Shown: positions 9,178 to 18,770 of the stretch, piece after piece | How positions within the stretch are numbered: position 1 is the first letter of the stretch | Layout: each line of letters starts with the position of its first letter | IMG/VR virus record: IMGVR_UViG_3300020337_000002 | Source: an uncultured virus (IMG/VR IMGVR_UViG_3300020337_000002) | Taxonomy: Duplodnaviria; Heunggongvirae; Uroviricota; Caudoviricetes | DNA: 64,000 bases | Strand: one strand, 5' to 3' | Made by a program: the position numbers and the translations under genes | Notes under the pieces: generated by a model | The model's input: only the letters and a program-made list of their open reading frames with translations | What the model was told of the DNA's origin: nothing | The model's database searches: none

Positions 9178-9909
9178 ATGAAAGATATCTTACAAGATGT
9201 AGTTGCACATACACATTCTCTAGGTTTTTTGAATCTAGTGAAGGTTACAGGAGATGACGCAAATACACAAATCGAAAGTATGGCAGAAGACAGAAGTGTT
9301 ATTCTAACTGCTGATACTAAAAATCCTGTAACAGAGTTTGCGGCAACATTTGGTATGCCTAACTTAGACAAGTTAGCATTACACTTAAAGAATCCAGAGT
9401 ATCAGAAGAACGCAAAACTTTCTGTAGAGAAAGCAACTAGAAATGGTGCTGAAGTTCCTACACATATTCACTTTGAAAATGAAAGTGGTGACTTCCAGAA
9501 TGATTACAGATTTATGAATCAAGAAATCATTAATGAAAAACTTAAGAGTGTTAAGTTTAAAGGTGCTAGTTGGGAAGTAGAACTAGAGCCAAGCATGGCA
9601 AGTATTCAAAGAATGAAATTGCAAAGTGCGGCACACACAGAAGAAACTGTGTTTACAGTAAAAACTGAAAATAACAATCTTGTATTTTACTTTGGTGATC
9701 ATAGCACACACGCAGGATCATTTGACTTTGCTAAAGGTATTACAGGTGAACTTAAACATAGTTGGAGTTGGCCAGTAGCACAGGTACAATCGATACTTGG
9801 ACTTGATGGTAAACTTACAATGAAGATTTCAGATCAAGGTGCTATGCAAATTACTGTTGATTCAGGTATGGCAACATATAATTATATTTTACCTGCACAA
9901 AGCAAGTAG
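9178..9909 (+). CDS. Probable DNA polymerase sliding clamp (gp45/PCNA-like)
   Basis: 243 aa, beta-rich two-domain pattern, C-terminal YNYILPA, close to polB. Confidence 0.6.
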   Translation: MKDILQDVVAHTHSLGFLNLVKVTGDDANTQIESMAEDRSVILTADTKNPVTEFAATFGMPNLDKLALHLKNPEYQKNAKLSVEKATRNGAEVPTHIHFENESGDFQNDYRFMNQEIINEKLKSVKFKGASWEVELEPSMASIQRMKLQSAAHTEETVFTVKTENNNLVFYFGDHSTHAGSFDFAKGITGELKHSWSWPVAQVQSILGLDGKLTMKISDQGAMQITVDSGMATYNYILPAQSK

Positions 9910-9917
9910 GAGTTTAC

Positions 9918-11456
9918 ATGAACACTAATCTTACTAATGCCCAAAAAGACTATGCAGTATTTCTCCCTGCCATTAGTGGATTCTTTGCTACGTTTATAGG
10001 TAAGCAACGTTATGAAGAATATGTTGATAAGACTAGGATACCTAGTAACTTTCCAACTGAAGTAGAGAGTATGAACTGGCTTGAACCTAAAGCTAGTATG
10101 TTTAATTATCACTGGAGTCTATATTCGGCAGGACACGCCGAGCTAGACGTTAATAAAGATTCACCCAAAGAAGATATGATCCGTAACAGGGATCGTAACA
10201 ATAGTTGGTTACTAGGAGACTCAGGTGGTTTCCAGATTGGTAAGGGTGTATGGGAAGGTGATTGGAAAGATCCTAACTGTCCTAAAGCTAAAAAGAAACG
10301 TGAACAAGTTCTTACGTGGATGGATGCTTATATGGACTATGGAATGATACTTGATATTCCTGCCTGGGTGTCAAGATCCCCTGCTGGTGCAAAAGCAACG
10401 GGTATTGATAACTATCAGGATGCCGTTAATGCTACACGTATTAACAATGATTACTTTATGAAAAATCGTAATGGTAATTGTAAATTCTTAAATGTATTAC
10501 AAGGTGAAAATCATACAGATGCTGAAGACTGGTATCAACAAATGAAAGACTATTGTGATCCTAAGAAATACACAGATCACTTTAATGGTTGGTCCATGGG
10601 TGGACAAAATATGTGTGATATACATCTAGTATTAAAAAGATTGGTAGCATTACGTTTTGATGGCTTACTTGAAAAAGGTAAGCATGACTTTATGCACTTC
10701 TTAGGTACAAGTAAACTAGAATGGGCAGTACTACTTACTGACATTCAAAGAGCAGTTCGTAAGTATCACAACGAAAACTATACTGCAACATTTGATTGTG
10801 CAAGTCCTTTCTTAGCAACTGCTAACGGACAACTTTATATTCAAACAGAAACAATGGATAGATCTAAATGGGTCTATAGAATGGTTCCAAGTATTGATGA
10901 TAAGAAGTATGCACAGGATACACGTAACTTTAGAGATGCAGTATTGGCAGATGGTATATTTAAAAACTTTACAGATAGTCCAATAACTAAAGGATTAACT
11001 GTTAAAGACGTTTGCATTTATGCTCCAGGTGACCTAAATAAGATAGGTAAGGAAGGCAAAACTAGTTGGGATAGTTTTAGTTATGCTATACAGATGGGTC
11101 ATAATGTATGGAGCCATATTAATGCAGTACAAGAAGCTAACAGACAGTATGACGCAGGTAGTTATCCTAATATGTTAGTACAAGAAAAATTTGATAGACT
11201 ATACTTCAGAGATGTAATAGATGCCATCTTTGCAACTGATGACAGAGATAAAGCAAATATGATCATTGAAGAGTTTTCAAGATTCTGGATGTCAATCATT
11301 GGCACTAGAGGAGCAACAGGTAAAAAGACTGTCAATGCACAGACACAATTTAATGCATTGTTTGATGATGCTGATAGTGTAGCCGTTGCTGAAACAGACG
11401 AAGAAGACTTACAAGAAAGTAAGTTGGAGGAGTTAGAAAATGAACAAAGCAAGTAA
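9918..11456 (+). CDS. dpdA: DpdA-like DNA deazaguanine transglycosylase (TGT fold)
   Basis: TGT catalytic motif GDSGGFQ, MILDIP, NVLQG, HFLG, TFDCAS; lies with queD, folE and queE. Confidence 0.8.
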   Translation: MNTNLTNAQKDYAVFLPAISGFFATFIGKQRYEEYVDKTRIPSNFPTEVESMNWLEPKASMFNYHWSLYSAGHAELDVNKDSPKEDMIRNRDRNNSWLLGDSGGFQIGKGVWEGDWKDPNCPKAKKKREQVLTWMDAYMDYGMILDIPAWVSRSPAGAKATGIDNYQDAVNATRINNDYFMKNRNGNCKFLNVLQGENHTDAEDWYQQMKDYCDPKKYTDHFNGWSMGGQNMCDIHLVLKRLVALRFDGLLEKGKHDFMHFLGTSKLEWAVLLTDIQRAVRKYHNENYTATFDCASPFLATANGQLYIQTETMDRSKWVYRMVPSIDDKKYAQDTRNFRDAVLADGIFKNFTDSPITKGLTVKDVCIYAPGDLNKIGKEGKTSWDSFSYAIQMGHNVWSHINAVQEANRQYDAGSYPNMLVQEKFDRLYFRDVIDAIFATDDRDKANMIIEEFSRFWMSIIGTRGATGKKTVNAQTQFNALFDDADSVAVAETDEEDLQESKLEELENEQSK

Positions 11457-11616
11457 GAGCGAGAAAAAGCTACAGAACGAACATAAGTGGTATGACAAGA
11501 TTACTGGTGAACTTACAAAGGAAAGAAAGTTAAACAGATCTTGGCAAACAGAAGAACTTTTAAAAAGAACTAAAAAAATAAAACTAGCAATTAAGGATAA
11601 ATTGGCAGGTCACTAA
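11440..11616 (+). CDS. Small basic helical-hairpin protein (58 aa, DUF465-like; not in the ORF track)
   Basis: MNKASKSEKKLQNEHKWYDK...LKRTKKIKLAIKDKL; SD GGAGG; TAATG coupling to the next gene. Confidence 0.6.
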   Translation: MNKASKSEKKLQNEHKWYDKITGELTKERKLNRSWQTEELLKRTKKIKLAIKDKLAGH

Positions 11617-12200
11617 TGCAAGAAACAACACTCTTTCCAACCCTGTTACTGGAGGACTTTCCGGACATTAATAATGAGATTCTCTTAGAAGCTTGTTATG
11701 ATCTAAAAACACAAAGTCCGCACAACGAAAGCCCAGGGGGTTGGCAGAGTGATTGGTCACTAAAAGACGATCGCTTTGATGAGTTAAAGAAATCTGTACA
11801 AGGTATGATGAATACTGTACAAAAACATTATTACCATATTGATAAGCCTATAAAGATTACAAACGAATGGGTGAACATTAACTATCCAAAAGGTGATACG
11901 AACAATATCAATCAAGTTCATATGCATGACAGAAATGTTTTAAGTTGTGTTTATTATGTACAAGCAGACAATCATTGTGGTAACCTTACACTAATGGCGC
12001 CACATCAGTTATATGATTTTGCAGTTCCGTATAGATATATTAAACAACCTAATGCATGGAATAGTACAAGGTTTAGTATTAAACCTGAACCAGGCAAACT
12101 AGTTTGTTTTCCAAGTTACCTGTTACATAGTGCAGATATAAATCACAGTAACAGAGATAGAATTAGTATTGCATTTAACGGAGATATAAATGAAACGTGA
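11616..12200 (+). CDS. 2OG-Fe(II) oxygenase (TIGR02466-like)
   Basis: LFPT, GGWQS, WVNIN, HMH, SCVYYV, FPSYLLH, RISIAFN. Confidence 0.9.
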   Translation: MQETTLFPTLLLEDFPDINNEILLEACYDLKTQSPHNESPGGWQSDWSLKDDRFDELKKSVQGMMNTVQKHYYHIDKPIKITNEWVNINYPKGDTNNINQVHMHDRNVLSCVYYVQADNHCGNLTLMAPHQLYDFAVPYRYIKQPNAWNSTRFSIKPEPGKLVCFPSYLLHSADINHSNRDRISIAFNGDINET

Positions 12201-12717
12201 TTATAAAGATGGTGTAAAAGACGACATTACATATTTCACAGGTGTTGAAGTAGAAGACACTCCTGCTTATGGTATGAAAACTTTGTTTGTCGTTGGTGCT
12301 CAGATGTCCGTTGATGTCATGGACAAAGCTAGAGAGCATGATTGCAAACACATTTATTTAGGTGCTAATCAAAGTTTCAATCCTACTAACAGTGATCAAT
12401 TGGAAGACTGGGACGATATGATTAGTGTATTATTAGATGAAGGTTGGTATACAACACTAGATTATGATCATCAGTTTCATCAAAAAATACTAGATATGGG
12501 ATATAATGAATATAGTAATTTTATTAGCCAAATTAGTGTAAAGATGCCACACATAGATCAACTGAACTATAATGCTTGTATCAAAATTGATGACACAGAT
12601 TTCAAAGCAACAAATCCTGGTGTTTGGGTACACAGGGTACACGATCTCAAAAATACTGATAAGTTCACAGATTGGAGAGAATATACTAAAGATAAACCAA
12701 TAAAAGAGGTTGATTAA
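12190..12717 (+). CDS. Conserved hypothetical protein between dpdA and queD
   Basis: 175 aa; FTGVEVE, HIYLGANQSF, KIDD.DF..TNPGVW. Confidence 0.7.
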   Translation: MKRDYKDGVKDDITYFTGVEVEDTPAYGMKTLFVVGAQMSVDVMDKAREHDCKHIYLGANQSFNPTNSDQLEDWDDMISVLLDEGWYTTLDYDHQFHQKILDMGYNEYSNFISQISVKMPHIDQLNYNACIKIDDTDFKATNPGVWVHRVHDLKNTDKFTDWREYTKDKPIKEVD

Positions 12718-12738
12718 TATGTTAGAAGATGCTACAAT
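12710..12738 (+). promoter_or_regulatory. Sigma70-type promoter with extended -10
   Basis: TTGATT-17 nt-TACAAT with TGn; implies the queD start lies downstream of 12740. Confidence 0.5.
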
Positions 12739-13195
12739 ACAAGAACATGAACGGTTGTCTACAGATGAATTTATTAGACAAAAATACAAAGAGGAAGGCA
12801 AAGCAAAGACTATGAATACTGCAAAAAGAATGATTTGGGTTACATTTAGAAAAGAAGGTATCCACAAATATCCTGCGGCGTTAGATGATCCTAAACTAGC
12901 AACTGGTGACGAATATGATGTTAGCTTCTTAGGTTATCCACATAGGCATATCTTTCATTTTAAAGTTGCTATCGAAGTATTCCATGATGATAGAGATATT
13001 GAATTTATTCAATTCAAACGTTGGTTGGAAAAACTGTATAGCGAAAAAACTTTAGAGCTTGACTACAAATCTTGTGAAATGATTAGCGATGATTTGTATG
13101 CAAAGATAAGTGAAAAGTATCCTAGCAGAGAAGTTCAAATTGATGTTTCAGAAGATGGAGAGAATGGTGCTCACATCGAATACGCAAAATACTAG
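12710..13195 (+). CDS. queD: QueD-like 6-carboxytetrahydropterin synthase (true start probably later)
   Basis: EGIH, GYPHRHIFHF (Zn-binding His), SCEM, VSEDGENG T-fold pattern. Confidence 0.8.
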   Translation: MINMLEDATIQEHERLSTDEFIRQKYKEEGKAKTMNTAKRMIWVTFRKEGIHKYPAALDDPKLATGDEYDVSFLGYPHRHIFHFKVAIEVFHDDRDIEFIQFKRWLEKLYSEKTLELDYKSCEMISDDLYAKISEKYPSREVQIDVSEDGENGAHIEYAKY

Positions 13196-13208
13196 AGGAG
13201 GACTGAAC

Positions 13209-13427
13209 GTGTCTTATTTTGCTAAAAACCCCGAAGTCGTACAAATCTTTGACGACCTAGATAAGTTTCGTGATTTTTGTAGATTTGAAGGATACAGGTT
13301 TAATGAGAAAGATCTGTATAATGAAAAGTCTAAGTCGTTTCGAGCATTCCTTGATCCGGCAAAAGCAAAGAAAGAAAGGCGTGAAAAAAGACAAGCACGT
13401 CTAAAGAATAGAAGGAGATATAATTGA
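13209..13427 (+). CDS. Hypothetical protein
   Basis: GTG 13209 after SD GAGGAGG; IFDDLDKFRDFCR. Confidence 0.65.
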   Translation: MSYFAKNPEVVQIFDDLDKFRDFCRFEGYRFNEKDLYNEKSKSFRAFLDPAKAKKERREKRQARLKNRRRYN

Positions 13428-14497
13428 TATATATTGTAGACATAGAAGCAGTAGACACTCGTTACACAAAGCAATGGAAGGACTATCTTCCTAAACAATT
13501 AAAACGTGCAACGAATCAAACTGTTGAAGTCATAAGTGGAGGAGAAACACCACAGGCAACTACGCCTGGTGCTTTTTTAAACTTTGGCGGAACTAATGTC
13601 TATAAGAGTAAGCAGTTAGAGATCATAGGTGAAAAGTTTTGTAACGGACAAATTAAAGACGGTGATTATTTTCTCTATACCGATGCCTGGAATCCTACAG
13701 TTATTCAACTACGGTATATGGCAGAACTATTGGGTGTTGATATTCGCGTTGGTGGTTTGTGGCACGCAGGTAGTTATGATCCGCAAGATTTTCTAGGAAG
13801 GCTTATAGGTGATAAACCTTGGGTTAGAAATGCAGAACGTTCTATGTTTGAATGTTATGATAACAACTTCTTTGCAAGTGACTTTCATATAAACATATTT
13901 GTAGATGCATTTAGAGAAGTAGGCAACTACGTAGGACTTTCAACAGATAAGACTAAGGTACAACGTGTTGGTTGGCCTATGGAATATCTTGCTAACAGTT
14001 TAGATAGTTACAGGAATATGCCTAAGGAAAACATTATATTATTTCCACATAGAGTTGCTCCTGAGAAACAACCAGATATATTTAGAGATTTAAGAACACA
14101 CTTACCTGACTATGAACTAATTGTTTGTCAAGAACAATCATTAACAAAGATGGAATATCATAACTTATTAGGCAGAGCAAAGCTAGTGTTTAGTGCTAAC
14201 TTACAAGAAACACTAGGTATTAGTTGGTATGAAGGTGCTCTAGTAGATACTATTCCAATGGTTCCAGATAGATTAAGTTATGCGGAAATGGCTTTGGATC
14301 AATTCAAGTATCCAAGCAAGTGGACAGAAAGTTTCGGTGATTATGAAAATCACAGAGTGTTGATAATAGAAAGAATAAAAGACTACATAGAAAACTATGA
14401 TCAATATCTTCCTACTTTAAGGAAACAAGTGGCAAAGTTGAAAACAGATTTCTTTAGTGGTGAAAAACTTTATGGAGCGATAGGCAATGGATCCTGA
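13424..14497 (+). CDS. GT-B (GT4-like) glycosyltransferase
   Basis: FPHRVAPEKQP; ETLGISWYE (Ex7E motif); located inside the deazaguanine cluster. Confidence 0.8.
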   Translation: MIYIVDIEAVDTRYTKQWKDYLPKQLKRATNQTVEVISGGETPQATTPGAFLNFGGTNVYKSKQLEIIGEKFCNGQIKDGDYFLYTDAWNPTVIQLRYMAELLGVDIRVGGLWHAGSYDPQDFLGRLIGDKPWVRNAERSMFECYDNNFFASDFHINIFVDAFREVGNYVGLSTDKTKVQRVGWPMEYLANSLDSYRNMPKENIILFPHRVAPEKQPDIFRDLRTHLPDYELIVCQEQSLTKMEYHNLLGRAKLVFSANLQETLGISWYEGALVDTIPMVPDRLSYAEMALDQFKYPSKWTESFGDYENHRVLIIERIKDYIENYDQYLPTLRKQVAKLKTDFFSGEKLYGAIGNGS

Positions 14498-14900
14498 TGA
14501 CATTAACAGTAATAAAGACTTTAAGATAACAATCGGCGGCAACGACGTTACTATTAGTAGCGAGGAATCACGTATTGCTAGTCCAAACTACGAATATAGC
14601 TTTGACACAGATAATAATAATTACACAATAACAGGTGCATCTGTAGGTGGTTGTATAGACAGGTACGGCGTACAACCTAGTGTAACATATAATACTTCAT
14701 TTACAGGAGCAGGGTCATTAGGTGACGGAGACTTTGGATTAGATTTTGATATGGGAACCGGTGTTCAAACATGGCCAACTGAGGATAGAATACTAGAAAT
14801 GATTGCTGAGTATCCTGCTTTAAAATTACAGTATCAAAGATTTTTAGAAGTTTACAATCTATGCAAGGACGACTTTGCAGGAAAGGACATTGATGTTTGA
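14487..14900 (+). CDS. Hypothetical acidic protein
   Basis: 137 aa ORF overlapping both neighbours; C-terminal YPAL...Y..F..VY.L. Confidence 0.6.
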   Translation: MDPDDINSNKDFKITIGGNDVTISSEESRIASPNYEYSFDTDNNNYTITGASVGGCIDRYGVQPSVTYNTSFTGAGSLGDGDFGLDFDMGTGVQTWPTEDRILEMIAEYPALKLQYQRFLEVYNLCKDDFAGKDIDV

Positions 14901-15396
14901 TTTCTTTAAGAATAGAAAAAGAACAATATATGATAGATCAGGAAAGATACCATACCTAGTACGTTGGTATATATTCCTTAAGGATCGAAAAGACTTTCCT
15001 TTTAACATTACTTTGCATAAAATACTAGTAAGCGATGAAGACGTATTGCATGATCATCCGTGGAGTTGGGGAGCATTTATTATTAAAGGTGGATATTGGG
15101 AACACATTCCTATTATATCACAAGAAGGTAATGTAGTAGGATCTACCAAAGAATGGAGAGGTCCAGGACATTTACGTTTTAGAAAGGCAAGTGATTTGCA
15201 TTGGTTAGAACTAGCCAAGGACGAAGAAGGTAATGAAATACCATGTTGGAGTTTATTTTACATGGGTAAAAAAGAAAAAGATTGGGGCTTTGTAAGACAC
15301 GTTAACGCAACTGAAACTAATTGGAAAGATGCAGGTTATCGTTGGATAAGTCATGAGGAGTATCTAAAGGATAAAGAAAAGAATGAGTACGCCTAA
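14893..15396 (+). CDS. Cupin-fold protein
   Basis: LHKI..SDE..LHDHPW....IIKGGYWEH ... H.LEL ... WSLF ... WGF. Confidence 0.7.
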   Translation: MFDFFKNRKRTIYDRSGKIPYLVRWYIFLKDRKDFPFNITLHKILVSDEDVLHDHPWSWGAFIIKGGYWEHIPIISQEGNVVGSTKEWRGPGHLRFRKASDLHWLELAKDEEGNEIPCWSLFYMGKKEKDWGFVRHVNATETNWKDAGYRWISHEEYLKDKEKNEYA

Positions 15397-16564
15397 CATA
15401 ACAGAAAAGCTAGACGGCAGACTTATAATCATTGATGATTATTTTAGTGCACCAGAGCTTAATGAACTAGTACGTGATGTACAGAACTGGCCTTATCTAT
15501 ATGGAGAAGTAGATGATGGAGACTTACCTCCAACAGGAATGAGTACTGGAGAATACACAGGCACAAAAACATTTCATGCATTATGGAAGTTCTGTGAAGA
15601 ACATCTTCCACAAACACATGGTTGTATTTTAAAAAGATCACACGCAAATATATTCGCTCCAAGAGAACCTGCTTATTATCATGTAGATGATGAAAGCGAT
15701 GAAGCATGGACATTTATGTTTTATGCAAATAATAATTGGGATATTAATGATGGTGGTGAAACAAAGTTTATTACAAACTTACAAAACAAGAAAGAAAATT
15801 ATGAAGGAACTGAGTATCCTGAAATAATTGCTATTCCACCTATTCCAGGCAGAATGTTACTTTGGAAAAGTAACGTATTACATACTGCAACACCTATGAG
15901 AAATACACATAGGTTTACTCCAACATTTAAATTTATTAAATTTTTAAAAGAAAAACACGGCAAGGCTGAAGGTGGTATTGTTATGGGTAACAAAAATACA
16001 TACCCGTGGCACCAAGAATACACTCCGCCATTGCCTATTACAGATATCAAACATACTATTGCAAGTATTGACGTATATGAAACTAACTTACCAAACATTG
16101 ACAATGATAGTTTAATGTATGAAATAGTTAATAACGAGCAAGAAAGAATTGACGCCAACCCTGAAGATACCCATTATGAAGACATTAAGTTCCCCGGTTC
16201 AGATACCTGTATGCACTTCATGGGGGAAGTAGAAAAAGCAGTAACGGCGTATGCAAATAAAGACGTCGAACTGACGGGTATCTGGACACATAAAACTGAA
16301 CCTAATGGCAGTACTGCATTCCACAGTCATACAAAAAGTTTATACTCGTTTGTGTATTATCCACAACACGAAGAAGGTCAAGGTGACATACATTTTACAG
16401 TCTTTATAAATGATATGCCTCGTTTTGAAAAAGTCATACAACCTAAGGCAGGTATGCTTTTAATATTTGATTCTAAGATTTCCCACTACACTGGAAAGAA
16501 CGTAACAAACACTGATAGGTACTCTATTAGTGGTAACTTTAATATTAGGAGCAACGATGGTTAA
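15383..16564 (+). CDS. Tandem two-domain 2OG-Fe(II) oxygenase
   Basis: Domain 1: HVD...GGET...LH...R (prolyl-hydroxylase-like). Domain 2: HSH...SFVYY...SH...RYSISGN. Confidence 0.8.
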   Translation: MSTPNITEKLDGRLIIIDDYFSAPELNELVRDVQNWPYLYGEVDDGDLPPTGMSTGEYTGTKTFHALWKFCEEHLPQTHGCILKRSHANIFAPREPAYYHVDDESDEAWTFMFYANNNWDINDGGETKFITNLQNKKENYEGTEYPEIIAIPPIPGRMLLWKSNVLHTATPMRNTHRFTPTFKFIKFLKEKHGKAEGGIVMGNKNTYPWHQEYTPPLPITDIKHTIASIDVYETNLPNIDNDSLMYEIVNNEQERIDANPEDTHYEDIKFPGSDTCMHFMGEVEKAVTAYANKDVELTGIWTHKTEPNGSTAFHSHTKSLYSFVYYPQHEEGQGDIHFTVFINDMPRFEKVIQPKAGMLLIFDSKISHYTGKNVTNTDRYSISGNFNIRSNDG

Positions 16565-17102
16565 GAAAAAGTATTACACATGGACTGACGTAGAGCAGAT
16601 GTGTACAGAGATAGTAACTGATATGTACTCTTGTAATTGGAAGCCTGATTACATTGTAGGCATCACAAGAGGCGGTAATGTACCTGCTACAATTATTAGT
16701 AACATGACTGGCATACGTTGTGAGTCAATTAAAGTAAGTTTAAGAGATAACGAAACAGGTAAAACAGGCGATAGTGTTGCTTGGATGGCCGATGATGCAT
16801 ATGGTGTACTTGATGGAAAGATAGCTTCAGGTGGTCCTTCATCTAAAAGGATTTTAATTGTAGATGATATAAATGATACTGGTGCTACGTTTAACTGGAT
16901 TAAGAATGACTGGGAAACAAGACATAACGATCCCGGTAAGTGGGAAAGAATATGGGGAAACAATGTTAAGTTTGCAGTACTAACTGAAAACCTAGCAAGT
17001 GACTTTGGTATGGTTAGTTTCCGTTGTGATGAAGTTAATAAAGCTGAGGAAGACGTTTGGTTAGTTTATCCTTGGGAAAACGTAGGAAAGTATGACAGCT
17101 GA
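16557..17102 (+). CDS. Purine phosphoribosyltransferase (xanthine-guanine PRT-like)
   Basis: IVGITRGG, PRPP-binding motif ILIVDDINDTGAT, WLVYPWE; start ATG 16557 after AGGAG. Confidence 0.88.
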   Translation: MVKKKYYTWTDVEQMCTEIVTDMYSCNWKPDYIVGITRGGNVPATIISNMTGIRCESIKVSLRDNETGKTGDSVAWMADDAYGVLDGKIASGGPSSKRILIVDDINDTGATFNWIKNDWETRHNDPGKWERIWGNNVKFAVLTENLASDFGMVSFRCDEVNKAEEDVWLVYPWENVGKYDS

Positions 17103-17796
17103 TATAGGTTGGTGTTGGACTGGAACTGTACCTGAACTATTAGTAATAGAACCAGAACGTTTTAAAACACCAAAGATAGTAAACAAAGATTATAATAAAA
17201 GAGGTGTAATAGATTGCCCAAGTTATCAAGGCTTCTATAGTAACCTATTTCTTTTAAAGTCGCCGGTGTCTTTTACTGCCACACCCAAAGAAGGTGCAGT
17301 TGATATATCAAGTGATGAAGTTAGTACAAATCAATTACAAGGGTTAGTTACATTACATCAACCACAAGAAATGCACGATATAAAAAAGCCAATGTTTCAA
17401 TTTAATTTAAATTATTTGTTTATTGCAGATGAGCCTTGCTTAATGGAAATACTTCCTCCGTTTATGCACAAGGATAAATTTCCTGGAGAAGTAATTGGTG
17501 GAAGTTATAACATACATAGTTGGGTTAGAAGTATAAGTTGGGGTTTTGTTTTTAACGACATCAAAAAGCCACTTGTAGTAAAACGTGGTGATCCATTATG
17601 TTATGTAAAGTTTACTACACCAGATTTGAAATCAAAAGTTTCATTAAATGAATGTTTACTTACTGATGATATTATTAAAGAATTAGATAGAAAAAGGTTC
17701 TTGACAGAATTCAAAAAAGGTGGTATAATAAAGTTAATGAGTAGAGCTTTGAAACTAAGACCCAAAAAATTAATTAAACGTAAACCGAGATTATGA
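17092..17796 (+). CDS. Hypothetical protein (possible dUTPase-like beta-clip fold)
   Basis: CP motif, IGGSYNIHSW, VVKRGDPLCYVKF. Confidence 0.5.
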   Translation: MTADIGWCWTGTVPELLVIEPERFKTPKIVNKDYNKRGVIDCPSYQGFYSNLFLLKSPVSFTATPKEGAVDISSDEVSTNQLQGLVTLHQPQEMHDIKKPMFQFNLNYLFIADEPCLMEILPPFMHKDKFPGEVIGGSYNIHSWVRSISWGFVFNDIKKPLVVKRGDPLCYVKFTTPDLKSKVSLNECLLTDDIIKELDRKRFLTEFKKGGIIKLMSRALKLRPKKLIKRKPRL

Positions 17797-18029
17797 GCGA
17801 CGACAATATAGTAAAATTTCCAGAGATAAAAGATACGGTACATATATTAAAATTTAAAGTACCAGCAGTTATACGTATGAGCAAAGAAGCTGATAGTGAT
17901 ATTGCATTAGAGATTGAAAGATTAAGTCCAACAGAAGGACTAGGACAGGCTTGGGTACCTGCAAAGAATTTAAAAGAAGCAAAAGAAAAACTACACAAAA
18001 TGATACAGGTTACAGAGTGGGTAGAATGA
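17793..18029 (+). CDS. Hypothetical protein
   Basis: 78 aa; ATGA overlaps on both sides. Confidence 0.6.
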   Translation: MSDDNIVKFPEIKDTVHILKFKVPAVIRMSKEADSDIALEIERLSPTEGLGQAWVPAKNLKEAKEKLHKMIQVTEWVE

Positions 18030-18424
18030 TGCGTGAAGACTTAATGGTTCAGCAACAGGTTGATAACCTATGGCAACACTTCGTTGGTGTAATATGTCTT
18101 AATCAAACAGGCAGAATACAAGTTAAAAGAGTATTACCTGAATTCTTTGATAGATGGCCAACGCCAGAGAAGTTTCTTAGAAGCAGAAAAGCAACTGTTA
18201 TCAAAGTAATTAAAAGTTTAGGCTTTTATAATAGACGTGAGAATTCTATTAGACAAATGACAAAGGACTACTTAACTTGGGACCAGGAAGATGCAACTAA
18301 ACTGTATGGCATTGGTAAGTACGGTAGTGATAGTTATGAATTATTTTATAAGAAACGTGTTCCTGATAACGTAGGTGATCACGAATTAAAAAGATATATT
18401 GAGGAAGAATTTCATGCAGTTTAA
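18026..18424 (+). CDS. HhH-GPD DNA glycosylase, MBD4 catalytic-domain-like
   Basis: ICLNQT, LGFYNRR, LYGIGKYGSDSY, DHEL..Y; start moved to ATG 18026. Confidence 0.8.
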   Translation: MMREDLMVQQQVDNLWQHFVGVICLNQTGRIQVKRVLPEFFDRWPTPEKFLRSRKATVIKVIKSLGFYNRRENSIRQMTKDYLTWDQEDATKLYGIGKYGSDSYELFYKKRVPDNVGDHELKRYIEEEFHAV

Positions 18425-18770
18425 AGATATACCTTGGACTAATGTATTAATCGATACTAAAGAGTTTACTGTTTTTAGAGACGGCTTCCCTGTTACAGAA
18501 GGACACGTTCTTTTTGTACCCAAGGTAGAAGACTGGGAACATTTGACTGCTTGTTTCAAGGCCGCTTACAAGTGGGGATATGATTGGGTAGAACGTGGTT
18601 ACTGTGACTCTTTTAATATAGGACAAAACGTAGGTAAAGAAGCAGGACAAACTGTTATGTGGCCACACGTACATTTAATTCCAAGACGCAAAGGCGATAT
18701 GGAAGATCCAAGAGGTGGTGTAAGACACGTGATACCAGAGAAAGGAAACTATAGACTATGGGACGAGTAG
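18414..18770 (+). CDS. HIT family nucleotide hydrolase
   Basis: DGFPVTEGH, FNIGQN.G..AGQTV, HVHLIPRR.GD. Confidence 0.92.
   Translation: MQFKDIPWTNVLIDTKEFTVFRDGFPVTEGHVLFVPKVEDWEHLTACFKAAYKWGYDWVERGYCDSFNIGQNVGKEAGQTVMWPHVHLIPRRKGDMEDPRGGVRHVIPEKGNYRLWDE

Noticed and set aside
9918..11456. Ordinary tRNA-guanine transglycosylase (tgt)
   Set aside because: It lacks the CxCxxC Zn site and overall pattern of bacterial Tgt; its position next to replication genes favours a DNA-acting DpdA.
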